Positions 35,344-46,267 of a stretch of 64,000 nt of DNA are shown piece by piece. Under the pieces are notes generated by a model. That model saw only the letters and a list, made by a program, of their open reading frames with translations, ran no database searches and had not been told where the DNA came from. Each line of letters starts with the position of its first letter. Position 1 is the stretch's first letter. Origin of the DNA: Chitinophagaceae bacterium UBA1946. GTDB lineage: Bacteria > Bacteroidota > Bacteroidia > Chitinophagales > Chitinophagaceae. The translations under genes and the position numbers were made by a program. The DNA is taken from contig DDEU01000078.1 in NCBI GenBank assembly GCA_002336815.1, positions 11,474-75,473 of the forward strand. Direction: 5' to 3'.

Positions 35344-38136
35344 TCATACCACCGCCAGCGTGATGTTGAGTATTCTTGTAAACAATTCTCCTGCAGCAGT
35401 AATAACAGTAGCATCTGCTGCCGGTTCCGGGTGGGTCATCGCTGCCATGTGATCATGATGTGGGGTAGGCGCAGCCGTTACTGACGGATAATAAACGCCT
35501 TCCAGGTACACTCCAAAATGGTAAAGCCCCGGGATGTTGGTATCATGTTCATGCAGGTGCAGCGGCCCGCCCTCATGTTTTACAATATTCCCTTCCTGAT
35601 CCTTTATCCAGATCGTATCACAATGCTGTTTCTCAAACTGGGCCAGCAACAGCGCTACGTCCAGGTTCCTGCTATACCTTTTTGAGGCTTCCAGTTTTTT
35701 TATTATCTGCCGCACCCTTTCTGCCGGCAATATTTGACTGATGTCGAAGGCTGGTGTGGTAAAACGAACCAGTGTCCGGTGATACTGGATGCTGCCAAGA
35801 CTGATGTCTGCATCTACATTCCATTTCAACTCTTCTCCTGCCTGTACAAAGGGACTGGCAGATTGCAGGTTTAGTTTGAGATTTGTTTTTCCATAAATAT
35901 TTACAAGCACATTGCAGGCGGGGTTGTCACTGCTGTTGGTGCTTACCGCCCTTCCATCTAACCCATGCTGCACCGGCGTATACACGTTACGGGTAGCGAT
36001 CCTGCTCTTTGAAGAAATAAGCAGGCGGGAATACCGAAGTCCTCTTACCGGGCCGGCTGCTACCGGGAACATCAGTTCACCCAGGTCGGGCATCATCATC
36101 TTATCAACCGAACGTGTTTTGTAAGCGATCATCAGTTCCCATTTTCCTACCCAGCAGTCGTTGCCGGTAGTGCCTCTCTGTATCACGAGGGTAAGACGTC
36201 CATTGGCCCTCTTGGCCGTAACATCGGGCGAAGGACAACAATGATTGCAGCCCATCATGTCGTGTGAATGTGCACCGCCATCTCCATAGAGCATTTCCCC
36301 ATTCGGGCCATGGAGCATAAAGTACCAGTTCTGGTCTTTAAAATCCATTCCCTGCACGGTTATCAAAAAAGAATCATCCGCAGAAGTAGCAAAAAAATCA
36401 AGGTGTACATGTTCACCCTCAAACAATTCGATCAATGGGTCCAGCAGGGTTGTAAAGCCGATGGCACCTGCCAGTGCATTGGAGTAGAATTTATCGATCG
36501 TTCCTGCATTCTCCCCGTGAAAAATTTGCGGCGTAGAGAGGGTTGCACCCTTTGCAACCAGGGATGTTAGTGTTGGATAATCAACATCGGCGCCTGTTCC
36601 AAAGCCCATAGCGAAAATACCGGTGTTGGTAAAACTGCCATTGGGAATACTGCTCATGGGCGAACCGGTGGTAAGAATGCCGTCTGTTAAAAAAGCCATG
36701 TAACGGCGTTCACCTGCAGGCAGTCCGCCAAACGGTGCAGCTACCAATGTTGTTTGCACATTGCTCAACGCATCAGCCAGCGGCGTACCACCAAGGGGCG
36801 ACATGCCGGCTGCATTGGCATCAAAGATGGCTTTGCTGAAGGCAGGGCTTCCTGTTTTTATCAAGCCATAACCCGGCGCTCCAAATACATTTACAAAATC
36901 ATTTGCCGGAAGGCTCCGGAATGTTTTTACACCGGCCACCACGTAAATGAGGCCGCTGGTTTTGATGGCTTCGCAATCCTGTAAAAAAGCGGAAATGCCC
37001 CGGGTAGCAGCTTCCCATTTGGTTACATCACCTGCTCCTGTATCAGGATCAGGAGTGAGGCCCATCATGCTGCCGGTTCTGTCCAGCGCCAATGCAATGA
37101 TAGGGATGGTATCATAGGTGTATCCCAGCGCCCTGAACTCAAGCGTATCAACATTTCGTTTAATACCAAGGCCACTGAAGTCGGGCATTGGTATGGTTGG
37201 TGCCACGGTGGAAGTTGTACCATAGCCGGGTGTGCTGCCAATCCAGGGATACATGATGTCGTTGCGGTGATGCTGGGGATCTCCGCCGGAAGTAGGGAAC
37301 TCACTCATGTGTCCGTCTGTTTGCCACATGGCCCAAAGCCTGTCTACATTGCAATGAAGCAGGTAAAAGAGCGGATCAAAGGAAGATACTTTGGCATCCG
37401 TCATGTGGCCCACTGCATTGCCCACCCAGGGATGCATGGCATTGTGCATGATGGTATGCGGCATCACGAGACCTTCACCTGCTTCGAGCGCTGCCTGGAA
37501 AGCAGGATAGTCGGGCATGGCGAGGCATTGCCTGATCTCGTTGGGGCTTGGCAATGCAGCGAGGGAACGAAAACTTCTTTTGAGTCCGCCGGTTTGTGCC
37601 GATGGAAACATGGAAGGCAATCTCCATCCCGGGAGCGTGGCGGGCCACCATGCCGGAAGCGGCGTTGTATTGGCAGGCATGGCCGGAACGCTACCAGCCG
37701 CAGGCGTTGCAGCAGAGCCTGGTTTGTTGTAGGCAAAATATCCCTGGTTAACAATATTGGCGGTAGCAAGGTCACCGTTGGGTCCCATAAAAGATGCCAC
37801 TGTTAAGGTTGCCGGGTCTGACCAATCCCAATAGGGTATGGTGATGCCGGGTACGTAGGTTTGCAGTTTTAACTCGAACTGGTAAAGAAAATACCGGTGC
37901 CAGCTAAGAAATCCATAAGCACCCACACCACCGTGACCAAAGTTGATATTGGGTACACCGGGTGCAAAAGCGTTCTGTATCTTGGCATGAATGGCAACGT
38001 ACTGATCCCAGTAACTATACTGGCTGGCAGGAGGGTCGCCGGGATTAACGATATCAGCCTTCATCAGTACACATGCTTTTACATAGTTCTCTTTTTCGGC
38101 TGCAGATAAAAATTTTGCATTTCTTCTTACTCCCAT
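35344..38136 (-). CDS. Tyrosinase (type-3 copper) fused to a VWA domain and C-terminal beta domains
   Basis: CuA His in VAIH, GHGG, FLSWHR; CuB His in MHNAMH, LLHCNVD; PYWDW; VWA LALDRTGSM, GGTPL, LTDG, AMGFG. Confidence 0.9.
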   Translation of the reverse strand: MGVRRNAKFLSAAEKENYVKACVLMKADIVNPGDPPASQYSYWDQYVAIHAKIQNAFAPGVPNINFGHGGVGAYGFLSWHRYFLYQFELKLQTYVPGITIPYWDWSDPATLTVASFMGPNGDLATANIVNQGYFAYNKPGSAATPAAGSVPAMPANTTPLPAWWPATLPGWRLPSMFPSAQTGGLKRSFRSLAALPSPNEIRQCLAMPDYPAFQAALEAGEGLVMPHTIMHNAMHPWVGNAVGHMTDAKVSSFDPLFYLLHCNVDRLWAMWQTDGHMSEFPTSGGDPQHHRNDIMYPWIGSTPGYGTTSTVAPTIPMPDFSGLGIKRNVDTLEFRALGYTYDTIPIIALALDRTGSMMGLTPDPDTGAGDVTKWEAATRGISAFLQDCEAIKTSGLIYVVAGVKTFRSLPANDFVNVFGAPGYGLIKTGSPAFSKAIFDANAAGMSPLGGTPLADALSNVQTTLVAAPFGGLPAGERRYMAFLTDGILTTGSPMSSIPNGSFTNTGIFAMGFGTGADVDYPTLTSLVAKGATLSTPQIFHGENAGTIDKFYSNALAGAIGFTTLLDPLIELFEGEHVHLDFFATSADDSFLITVQGMDFKDQNWYFMLHGPNGEMLYGDGGAHSHDMMGCNHCCPSPDVTAKRANGRLTLVIQRGTTGNDCWVGKWELMIAYKTRSVDKMMMPDLGELMFPVAAGPVRGLRYSRLLISSKSRIATRNVYTPVQHGLDGRAVSTNSSDNPACNVLVNIYGKTNLKLNLQSASPFVQAGEELKWNVDADISLGSIQYHRTLVRFTTPAFDISQILPAERVRQIIKKLEASKRYSRNLDVALLLAQFEKQHCDTIWIKDQEGNIVKHEGGPLHLHEHDTNIPGLYHFGVYLEGVYYPSVTAAPTPHHDHMAAMTHPEPAADATVITAAGELFTRILNITLAVV

Positions 38137-38480
38137 ACAAGTTTTTTTTGAGGTGATAAATATTTTAAACGGGCGATGCCGGCAAAGCGTGTACTTGCGT
38201 ATACACGATACCGGTACGAAGCATTTTAATAGAATGTTGAAAAAAAGAAGATGAGATCCCGGAGTAATAGAGGTGCAGGAATTTTACAGGATGAGGACGC
38301 TGGTGCATCGCTGCAGCTCTAAGATAAATGCAAAATTTAAGACGGCATAATTTTCTTGTCCCCACAGTTGCAACGAGAGCGTGAGGATGCAATGTGTGGA
38401 AAGTTGAGGGCCGTGGTTATTTAACAGCAGCTACCAAAAAGTTGGTAGAGAAAAAATTATAAAATGAAGCAGTAATGATT

Positions 38481-39335
38481 TTAGTCTTTGATACAGCGTA
38501 TAGAAAATCCCAGCGTTTTTCCGCTGTTGCCAAATAATACGGATGCGCTGCTATAACTAAGCGCCATATCCCTTGCTGTGCCGGGCGCACTGAGATCTTC
38601 AGTACTGCTCCACCAGATGCCGATCTGTTTGAGGTTCACAAAGGCGCCGCCAAAGTTACGATAACCTGCGCCCAGTGCCCTGAAGCCTGAATTGTTGGTA
38701 GCACCTGTGTTGGGGCCATTCCAATACAAAGTATCCGCTGCTTTTAATGAACCGCCGTTCCCACCCAGGCAGCTATTTGCCAGGTTGTGAAAGTCTGAAT
38801 CGGCAGGGATATGCCAACCCTGTGGAGCCAGTCCACGTGGATCATTCACTGCATACCAGTTATACAATTTGCCGTACACCGAAGCGTAGTTGGCTGAATC
38901 ATTATTGTACCAGCACCAGGCACCCGTAGTGAGCGTTTGCCATTGTACAGCATCTTCCACTTCGGGAATGATATCGCCATTCCTGTAACGGGATACATCC
39001 AGGTTCTTTTTCATCCAGGTTTGTCCACAGATGATCAAAAAAGGTGGGATAGGTTTCGCAGCAGCGCTACCGATCATATTGGTCCATGAACTGCCGTTGA
39101 ATACCTGCATTTGTCCGCTGGTGTCGCAATCGGTGCACCACACAGTGAGGCCTGCGGCCGGCGCTGCGATCTGGTTGCGTTGCTGGTAGGTCATCCTGGG
39201 AGGAAGAAATCCTTTGGTGACAGAACTTACATCTAATTGTGCGGAGGAATCTGGAGTGCTGGTGTTAATGCCTACACTTTGGGCGTGAACGTTTACAACA
39301 GCAAGGGTTAAAAGAAAGCTGAATATATTCTTCAT
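38481..39335 (-). CDS. FISUMP (Fibrobacter succinogenes major paralogous) domain secreted protein
   Basis: [25 protein letters not shown]; [35 protein letters not shown]. Likely start 39335. Confidence 0.9.
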   Translation of the reverse strand: MKNIFSFLLTLAVVNVHAQSVGINTSTPDSSAQLDVSSVTKGFLPPRMTYQQRNQIAAPAAGLTVWCTDCDTSGQMQVFNGSSWTNMIGSAAAKPIPPFLIICGQTWMKKNLDVSRYRNGDIIPEVEDAVQWQTLTTGAWCWYNNDSANYASVYGKLYNWYAVNDPRGLAPQGWHIPADSDFHNLANSCLGGNGGSLKAADTLYWNGPNTGATNNSGFRALGAGYRNFGGAFVNLKQIGIWWSSTEDLSAPGTARDMALSYSSASVLFGNSGKTLGFSIRCIKD

Positions 39336-39582
39336 ATTAACTGCAATGATAAAAAAAAATGTCTTCAAAGAGCGCTGTGAATAAAATTAGTGGCATGCCG
39401 GAAATATTGCAAAACATGCTGCAGGGATTCTAATTTGATATATTGCCTTAACAGGAGAACTACAAACTTGCTTGTGAGCTGTTAATATTTTCCGCAAAAA
39501 ATTGGTAAGTAAGTTGTAACATTTTATTAAGGGATGAATAATTAGTTTTAAAAATCTTTTTCACCCCTTAAAATCATTTACA

Positions 39583-40023
39583 ATGAAACATGCTCTTCTT
39601 GTTCCTTTGGTAAGTGTTTGCCTGTTGCAGGCCAAACCCTCCTTCAACGCCAATTCCCATTCAAACGGCAACGACTCCTTCACTAACGGTTACAGTAAAG
39701 TGCTTACCCTTTCGGCACAACCGGAAGATGGCCGCACAAGGATGCCGGCGGCAGTATTTAAAGCACAGGATTTTTGCAGGGCCGAGGTAAAGGACTTTGA
39801 TTTCGATGCACATTTCAGCGTATTGGGCGCTACCGTATATTTTACAGGAACCAATTTTAAAACGGTAGAGAAAGGTGTAATAACCAGCAGCAGCCTGAAA
39901 CCGGTTAAAAGCCTGATGGAACGCTGTGTGCCGGGATCCATCATTATTTTCGATGAAATAAAAGTAATTGGTCCGGATAATTGTCAACGGATCATCCAGC
40001 CGTTGAGTATCGTACTTTACTGA
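39583..40023 (+). CDS. Exported protein consisting of a GldM C-terminal-like domain
   Basis: Signal-like N-terminus; RAEVKDFDFDAHFSV..ATVYF.G...R..PGS.I.FD.IKV.GPD...R resembles the last periplasmic domain of GldM/PorM. Confidence 0.7.
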   Translation: MKHALLVPLVSVCLLQAKPSFNANSHSNGNDSFTNGYSKVLTLSAQPEDGRTRMPAAVFKAQDFCRAEVKDFDFDAHFSVLGATVYFTGTNFKTVEKGVITSSSLKPVKSLMERCVPGSIIIFDEIKVIGPDNCQRIIQPLSIVLY

Positions 40024-40064
40024 TCCTGATGCGGCAGCTGTTTTATCCGCAACCCGGTCAACGA

Positions 40065-40853
40065 CTATTTTCTTCCGGCAGGCTTCCGGGGCATGATCGC
40101 CTTATCTCTAAGGTTCATTGTTTTTATGATGTTAGCATTTTTAAAAAGCATTGGGTCGGTTATCAGCACTTTGGTTTTTAAATCAGGCCGGGCTTCAATG
40201 AAATTCGCAACCGCTACTGTACTGTCTTTTTCTTTGCTGTTGATCTCAATCGCTTTTTTGATCAATATTTCGTGTGCTGCATCATCAAATGATACATTGA
40301 ACCTTGCAATATCCGGATGATTGAGTTCCCTGTTAAGACTGATCACGTTAAACCCGGTGGCGGCATTGTACACACATACCCATTTGGGAGGAGTAGCCGT
40401 TCCCTGCGTGGCAATACAACGTTTTACCAGGTCAAAGCTGCCATCGGGATTGTTAACGGTTGTTCCGTCATCATAAAAAAAACGGGTGCCTTCTTTTCCG
40501 CCGGGTTGTATAAGGCCTTTGATATGCCAGTCGATCACGGGGTTTGCAGAAGCATTGAGCTGGTTGTTGAGTTTACTGATCAGGGTATCTTTTTGCGATG
40601 TTTCAAAACTCAGCTCATTGATCTTTTTTTTCTGCTCACTGTTCATGATACTGTACTGGAGTGCAAGCCCCACGATCACGAGTAAAAAATAGCCGGCAAA
40701 AGCGCCCTTCAATTTTAAGCTAAGGCCTTTATAAGGGCCACTAATATCTGTATCGCTTGCTTTGCCTACCGGCAGGAATTTATAAATGATGAAAGCAGGG
40801 ATCACCGGCAGCAGCAGGATGGCTGCCAGTGCCAGGAAAAAATTGTCCGTCAT
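40065..40853 (-). CDS. Hypothetical membrane protein (two N-terminal TM helices + coiled coil)
   Basis: 262-aa ORF; hydrophobic segments LALAAILLLPVIPAFII and GAFAGYFLLVIVGLAL. Confidence 0.7.
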   Translation of the reverse strand: MTDNFFLALAAILLLPVIPAFIIYKFLPVGKASDTDISGPYKGLSLKLKGAFAGYFLLVIVGLALQYSIMNSEQKKKINELSFETSQKDTLISKLNNQLNASANPVIDWHIKGLIQPGGKEGTRFFYDDGTTVNNPDGSFDLVKRCIATQGTATPPKWVCVYNAATGFNVISLNRELNHPDIARFNVSFDDAAHEILIKKAIEINSKEKDSTVAVANFIEARPDLKTKVLITDPMLFKNANIIKTMNLRDKAIMPRKPAGRK

Positions 40854-40986
40854 GTTGCTATGTTTTTACTAATGTACCCAGAATAAAATACAAATGCAAC
40901 AGGCAGGCTGCCGTATGCCGGTAAGATGACTTAAAAAGAATTAGAAAAAAAACATTTCGTAAGGGTGTTGGCTAAAAGCTTTGTGC

Positions 40987-41274
40987 TTATTCATACACGG
41001 CAAGTTTTGCATTCAGTGTTGCGATCTGCTGTTGAAGTTGATCCATCCGCTGCAGTAAATAATTGATGGTTTCAATGCCTTCCAGGTTGATGTCCATTTC
41101 ATACAACCGCACTATTTTTTCCAGCCTGGGCAATTCATACAGGGGTACGTAGACTTCTTCGCTTTGTTGTATGATCTCTATCAGCCCTGATTGCTGCAGG
41201 GAGCTGATGAATGAAAGCTGGATATTGTGGTGGGTACAAAATTCACTGGCCGGTATCATTTCTTCTGTTTGCAT
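40987..41274 (-). CDS. cbpM: Chaperone modulator CbpM (MerR-like HTH)
   Basis: FISSL..SGLIEI...LEKIVRL..MDINLEGI; directly downstream of the J-domain gene. Confidence 0.88.
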   Translation of the reverse strand: MQTEEMIPASEFCTHHNIQLSFISSLQQSGLIEIIQQSEEVYVPLYELPRLEKIVRLYEMDINLEGIETINYLLQRMDQLQQQIATLNAKLAVYE

Positions 41275-41281
41275 ACAAAAG

Positions 41282-42166
41282 TTATTTAAGTTGACTCAAT
41301 TGGGTGAACAATGTTTTTTGTTCTGTGGTAAGGTTGGTGGGCAATTGCACATTGTAGGTAATGTAAAGATCTCCAAACTCAGCTTCTTTTTTGTATACCG
41401 GGAAACCTTTTCCTTTAAGCCGGATCTTTGTGCCGGGCTGCGTTTCGGGATTCACTTTAAGTTTTACTTTTCCATTGAGTGTATCAATCGTAGTATCTCC
41501 GCCGAGCACCGCCGTATAAAGGTCGATGTTTACCGAAGCATACAGGTCGTTCCCCAGCCGTTTAAAAACAGGGTGGGGGCTAATGGAGAAGGTGATGTAC
41601 AGATCGCCGGCGGGGCCTCCGTTTACGCCGGGAGCGCCATAGCCTTTTAGTTTGATCACCTGCCCGTCTGCAATGCCAGCCGGTATAGTGATGCGTACAT
41701 TTTTTCCGTTTACGGTGAGTACCTGCTGGTGCGTAAGCATGGCATCTGTAAGATTGAGCGTAAGCTGTGCATTGTAATCCTGTCCACGGAACTTCGCCTG
41801 TCTGCCACGGCTTCCACTGCCAAACATCGATTCAAAAAATCCCGAAAAATCATGATCGTCATCTCCATCTGAAAATCCACCACCCGAAAATGGGGAACCC
41901 TGCTGTTGCCGGCCCTGCCGCTGTTGTTCAAACTGGTCGGCATGCTGCCAGTCTTTTCCATACTGATCGTATTTTTTTCTTTTTTCAGGATCGCTCAATA
42001 CCTCGTTGGCTTCATTGATCTGCTGAAATTTTTTATGGGCTTCTTTATCATTGGGGTTAAGGTCGGGATGCAGTTTTCTTGCCAGTTTCCGGTATGCTTT
42101 TTTTACATCTTCTTCTGAAGCTGTTTTGTCAATTCCCAGTACCTTATAATAATCTATAAATTCCAT
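41282..42166 (-). CDS. cbpA: DnaJ-class co-chaperone CbpA
   Basis: J domain with HPD, G/F region, C-terminal DnaJ domain, no Zn finger; paired with cbpM. Confidence 0.92.
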   Translation of the reverse strand: MEFIDYYKVLGIDKTASEEDVKKAYRKLARKLHPDLNPNDKEAHKKFQQINEANEVLSDPEKRKKYDQYGKDWQHADQFEQQRQGRQQQGSPFSGGGFSDGDDDHDFSGFFESMFGSGSRGRQAKFRGQDYNAQLTLNLTDAMLTHQQVLTVNGKNVRITIPAGIADGQVIKLKGYGAPGVNGGPAGDLYITFSISPHPVFKRLGNDLYASVNIDLYTAVLGGDTTIDTLNGKVKLKVNPETQPGTKIRLKGKGFPVYKKEAEFGDLYITYNVQLPTNLTTEQKTLFTQLSQLK

Positions 42167-42301
42167 AGCGCTGCGGTTTTAATTTTCACACTATAAAGTT
42201 ACTGCACTGTAATTTCTTTATGCTGTTGTTTATTTAAAAAAATCCTGTCTGCAAAAAAAAAATAAATCATTAGTTTGGTTTGTACAAATCAACACAACAA
42301 C

Positions 42302-42658
42302 ATGACTACAGCAGCAATTGCCAACCGGCTGGTAACAATGTGCCGGAATGGCCAGGTGGAAGAGGCCAAGGAAGCACTCTTCTCTCCAGACATAACAAGT
42401 ACGGAGCCCCGTGAAGGATTACTTCCAAAAGAAGTGAAAGGAATGGAGGCGGTCCGTGCAAAAGCCCTTTTATTCGTTGAACACGTAGAGAATTTTTACG
42501 GCCATTTCATTTCCGATCCACTGGTTGCCGGAGATTATTTTTCGATCAGTTGGGATACCGACCTGCAGATGAAAGGAGGGGAAAGAAATACTTCCACCGA
42601 ATTGTGTGTGTACAAAGTAAAAGACGGTAAGATCGTTTCTGAACAGTTCTTTTACTGA
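42302..42658 (+). CDS. SnoaL-like (NTF2-fold) protein
   Basis: MTTAAIANRLV..CR.G...S.EP...SDPLVAG..F...ELCVYKVKDGKIVSEQFFY. Confidence 0.88.
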   Translation: MTTAAIANRLVTMCRNGQVEEAKEALFSPDITSTEPREGLLPKEVKGMEAVRAKALLFVEHVENFYGHFISDPLVAGDYFSISWDTDLQMKGGERNTSTELCVYKVKDGKIVSEQFFY

Positions 42659-42881
42659 TGCCTGCAATATTACACGCTGAAGATTTTATTTGGTTTCCGG
42701 GAAGCACAGGGTCAATATAGCTGATACCAGCCCAACGTTTAGGGTAGGCCATCCTGTGAGCATTCCTATAATATCAGCTTGTTGAAAAAAAGTTAAAGCC
42801 CTGTGATGCTGCCGGACCGGTTAAACTTTCTGCTGCCCGGTATATCCATACTAACAATGAAATAATTTTAAAATCATTGTT

Positions 42882-43004
42882 ATGAAAAAGTATTTTGAGA
42901 TCGAATTGAGCAAAACAGAACTGGTAGGTTTTATTTTGATCGTTAGCTGGATCGTTGCTTCTGCCTTTGTGCCACTGCCCGCTGTTTGCTCCCTCGGAAT
43001 GTAA
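42882..43004 (+). CDS. Putative 40-aa single-pass membrane protein
   Basis: MKKYFEIELSKTELVGFILIVSWIVASAFVPLPAVCSLGM*; AT-rich leader. Confidence 0.45.
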   Translation: MKKYFEIELSKTELVGFILIVSWIVASAFVPLPAVCSLGM

Positions 43005-43153
43005 TCGTTAAATTATTTTTTTTCAGAAACTTACTGCATCACCGCAAACAGCTGCCGGTCTTCTTCTGCATACCTGGAAAGCCAGGATAAAAAGTTTCAG
43101 GCATAAGATGTATTTGATTTACATTTATGCCTCAGTAAATTTCATTTAACCTT

Positions 43154-44521
43154 ATGCCCAACAAACAACCCCTGTTGCTTGTGCTTGCTTTCATTTTTGC
43201 TTTAAGCGCTTTTGCACAGCCCAAAGTTCCCGATCATGTTTTTTACAGGCAACTTGCCAATGGCCTTGAGGTGTTGGTGCTGGAAGATCATACCATTCCT
43301 TTTTCCACCATCGAAATTGCCTGTAAGAACGGTTCATTTACAGAAGATGACAATTACAATGGACTTAGTCACCTGTACGAACACATGTTTTTCAAGGCCA
43401 ATAAGGAATATAAAGACCAGGATGAATTTCTGAAGGAAGTAGGCAAGCTGGATATGAGTTTCAATGGCCAAACGCTTGAAGAAAATGTGACCTATTATTT
43501 TACCCTTCCCAAAGAGAATACTTCCAGGGGGTTGGAGTTTATGAATGCGGCCATCCGGTATCCATTGTTTAATGAAGAGGATATGGAGAAGGAAAATACG
43601 GTGGTGGATGCAGAGTTCCAGCGCCATGAATCGAGCCCGTATTTTGTACTGATCGATACGCTCAATCATTTGCTCTGGGGCCGCAACTACAGTCGCAAAA
43701 ATATCATCGGCAATCACCAGGTGATCCTCTCCGCTACGCCTGGCAAAATGGAGGCCATCAAAAATAAATTTTATTATCCCAACAACTGCCTGCTCACCAT
43801 CGGTGGTGATGTGGATCATGAAGAGGTCTTTCGAAAAGTTGAAAAGGTATTTAGCTCCTGGAAACCATCCGGCTTTGATCCTGCAAAGGAATATCCCATC
43901 CCGGAAATGGATCCGCTCAAAGAGAACAAACTGGTGGTGCTTGCATCGCCGCTGGCAGAGTCGCCGTTGCTGGTATTGCGCTGGCAGGGGCCTGACATGA
44001 GAAATGATATCAAGGCAACTTACACAGCAGATGTGTTTTCGTATATCCTAAACCAGCGCATGTCGAAGTTGACACAGGCATTGCAGGAAACCGGGCTGGC
44101 AACTGATATCCAGGTAAACTACTATTCCCAAAAATATGTTGGTCCCATTACATTTTCGGTGTCCCCCAACCCGGCGAAGATCAAAGAATGTTTCCAGGTG
44201 ATGCAGCAGGAAATGTCCAAATGGGATGATGACAGTTATATCTACGACCAGCAGATAGAACGTGCCAAAAAAATACTCGCCATTACCCAGGTAGAAGACA
44301 GGGAAGAAGTGGAAAGGTATGTTCACCTGTTCTCATTCTGGTGGGCCTGTGCATCGGTAGATTACTACACTTTTTACGGGGACAATCTTAATAAGATCAC
44401 CCGGCAGGATATCAAGGATTATGTTCGGAAATACATCAAGGGAAAGCCTTTTGCCGGCGGTCTCATCGTTCCGGCTGATGCCGGTTTTAACACTGATCCC
44501 AATCTTTATTTCTCAAAATGA
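43154..44521 (+). CDS. M16B zinc peptidase, catalytic subunit
   Basis: Signal peptide, LANGL, GS..E...GLSHLYEHMFF (HxxEH). Confidence 0.93.
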   Translation: MPNKQPLLLVLAFIFALSAFAQPKVPDHVFYRQLANGLEVLVLEDHTIPFSTIEIACKNGSFTEDDNYNGLSHLYEHMFFKANKEYKDQDEFLKEVGKLDMSFNGQTLEENVTYYFTLPKENTSRGLEFMNAAIRYPLFNEEDMEKENTVVDAEFQRHESSPYFVLIDTLNHLLWGRNYSRKNIIGNHQVILSATPGKMEAIKNKFYYPNNCLLTIGGDVDHEEVFRKVEKVFSSWKPSGFDPAKEYPIPEMDPLKENKLVVLASPLAESPLLVLRWQGPDMRNDIKATYTADVFSYILNQRMSKLTQALQETGLATDIQVNYYSQKYVGPITFSVSPNPAKIKECFQVMQQEMSKWDDDSYIYDQQIERAKKILAITQVEDREEVERYVHLFSFWWACASVDYYTFYGDNLNKITRQDIKDYVRKYIKGKPFAGGLIVPADAGFNTDPNLYFSK

Positions 44522-45831
44522 CATTCATGAAAAATAATTTTTTAAAATACGGCAGCACCTGTTACCTGCTGCTCCTAATCCTGGTATCAACTGCGACACT
44601 TGCGCAAAATAAAACAGAGGAATTTACAGTAAACGGACTGAAAGTAATACTGAAGCAAACGCAGAAGGAAACGATTGTAATGGGCATGTACTTTAGAGGA
44701 GGTACCAGCAATTATGATGCTGCCAATGCAGGTATTGAATCGCTGGCATTGTCGGGGATCATCGAATGCGGCACTGCAAGCTTTCCGGCGAACGACTTCA
44801 ATGACCAGACCGATGAATATGGTTTTCATTTATCAGGTGAGGCAACCAATGATTATGGATTGGTAAAACTGGGTTGTATTTCGAAGTACGTTAATGAGGC
44901 GTGGAAATTATTTTCGGCAGCGATCGCTTCACCGGTTTTTGAAAGCCAGAAGTTTAACCTGCTCAAAGAACAAAAGATCAATGATATTAGAATGGTATCC
45001 TCCAACCCCGATGAAAGGTTAAAGGAACTGGCCAGGGAATTCGCTTTTGCAGGTACCAGCTATGCCATCAACCCGGATGGAAGCGTTGCAGGATTAACGG
45101 CCCTCACAAGGGATAAAGTGAAGGATTATTATTACAATACATTGCTCAATAAAAAACGCATGTTCCTGGTAGTGGCAGGTAATATTTCCCGGCAGGATAT
45201 TGAGAAAAAAGTACAGGAAGCTTTTGCAGCCGTTCCAGAAAAAGAATACAATGAAGTAAAGATCGAAAACCGGCTTTTTTCAAAAGAAACCTACAAAATC
45301 GACAACCGTCCCATTGCCACCAACTATATCGGCGGCATTCTCAATGCGCCGGTGCTGAGCAGTGATGATTACCCTGCTTACCGCCTGGCAGTGAGTATCC
45401 TGAGCAGCGCCATGTTTGATGTGATCCGGTTGAATAAACAACTTTCCTATGCGCCTTCTGCCCATTATTCGCAGGGTAAAATAGCTTATGTAACCATGTA
45501 TGCCAGTACCACGCAACCGAAGGAAACGGTAAAGGCTATGCGCTTTGTGCTTTCGTATATCAAGGACAATACTTATACCGGCAGGATAATGAATAAAGTG
45601 AGGAAGCACCAGTTGCTGGCGTATATGCAACGGCAGGAGATCATGTCTGATATCGCAGATGAGTTGGGAGAAGCCGAAATTATGGGCGACTGGAAGCTTG
45701 CTGAGAACCTGGTAGAAAGGATGAACAAAGTTACCGCAGGTGAGATGCAGGAAGTATTGAATCAATATGCCAAATACATCACCTGGGCCTATGTTGGTAA
45801 TAAAGGGCTGGGAGAGGAGGCGTTTAAATAA
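44518..45831 (+). CDS. M16B peptidase, non-catalytic partner subunit
   Basis: M16-like sequence without HxxEH (GIESL); IR..KQLSY R/Y motif; ATGA overlap with the upstream gene. Confidence 0.9.
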   Translation: MTFMKNNFLKYGSTCYLLLLILVSTATLAQNKTEEFTVNGLKVILKQTQKETIVMGMYFRGGTSNYDAANAGIESLALSGIIECGTASFPANDFNDQTDEYGFHLSGEATNDYGLVKLGCISKYVNEAWKLFSAAIASPVFESQKFNLLKEQKINDIRMVSSNPDERLKELAREFAFAGTSYAINPDGSVAGLTALTRDKVKDYYYNTLLNKKRMFLVVAGNISRQDIEKKVQEAFAAVPEKEYNEVKIENRLFSKETYKIDNRPIATNYIGGILNAPVLSSDDYPAYRLAVSILSSAMFDVIRLNKQLSYAPSAHYSQGKIAYVTMYASTTQPKETVKAMRFVLSYIKDNTYTGRIMNKVRKHQLLAYMQRQEIMSDIADELGEAEIMGDWKLAENLVERMNKVTAGEMQEVLNQYAKYITWAYVGNKGLGEEAFK

Positions 45832-45877
45832 TAGCGTTGTCTCCTATTCCGGGAGATGAAAATCAAGTTGATTTCAA

Positions 45878-46240
45878 ATGAATAACAGCATAACACAACG
45901 AAAGGAAAAACTTAAAAAATTCTCACACATCCTGGCAGGTGTACTTATCCTGCTGCACGCTTTTGAAAAACACGAAGGCGGTCATGGCACCTACATTTTT
46001 TTTGTAATTGCCGGGATTGTTTTTTTGAGCATTGCCATCTTTCATCACCCGTTAAAACGCCGGTTTCCACTGGTTGATACTTGTTTTTTTAGTATCGAAG
46101 CATTGCTGTCTTTCGTTATAGCTTATGATTATTTTCACATGAACAAAACAGGTTTACCCTTTATGTACCTGCTGGCCGGCATCCTTCAGCTAAGCGCCGT
46201 CTTTATATTTTCGAAAAAGCTTAAAAATAGCCAGCTGTAG
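45878..46240 (+). CDS. Hypothetical four-helix membrane protein
   Basis: 120 aa, four hydrophobic segments with several His residues. Confidence 0.75.
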   Translation: MNNSITQRKEKLKKFSHILAGVLILLHAFEKHEGGHGTYIFFVIAGIVFLSIAIFHHPLKRRFPLVDTCFFSIEALLSFVIAYDYFHMNKTGLPFMYLLAGILQLSAVFIFSKKLKNSQL

Positions 46241-46267
46241 TATTTTTAAAATTTTAATTATCAACTC

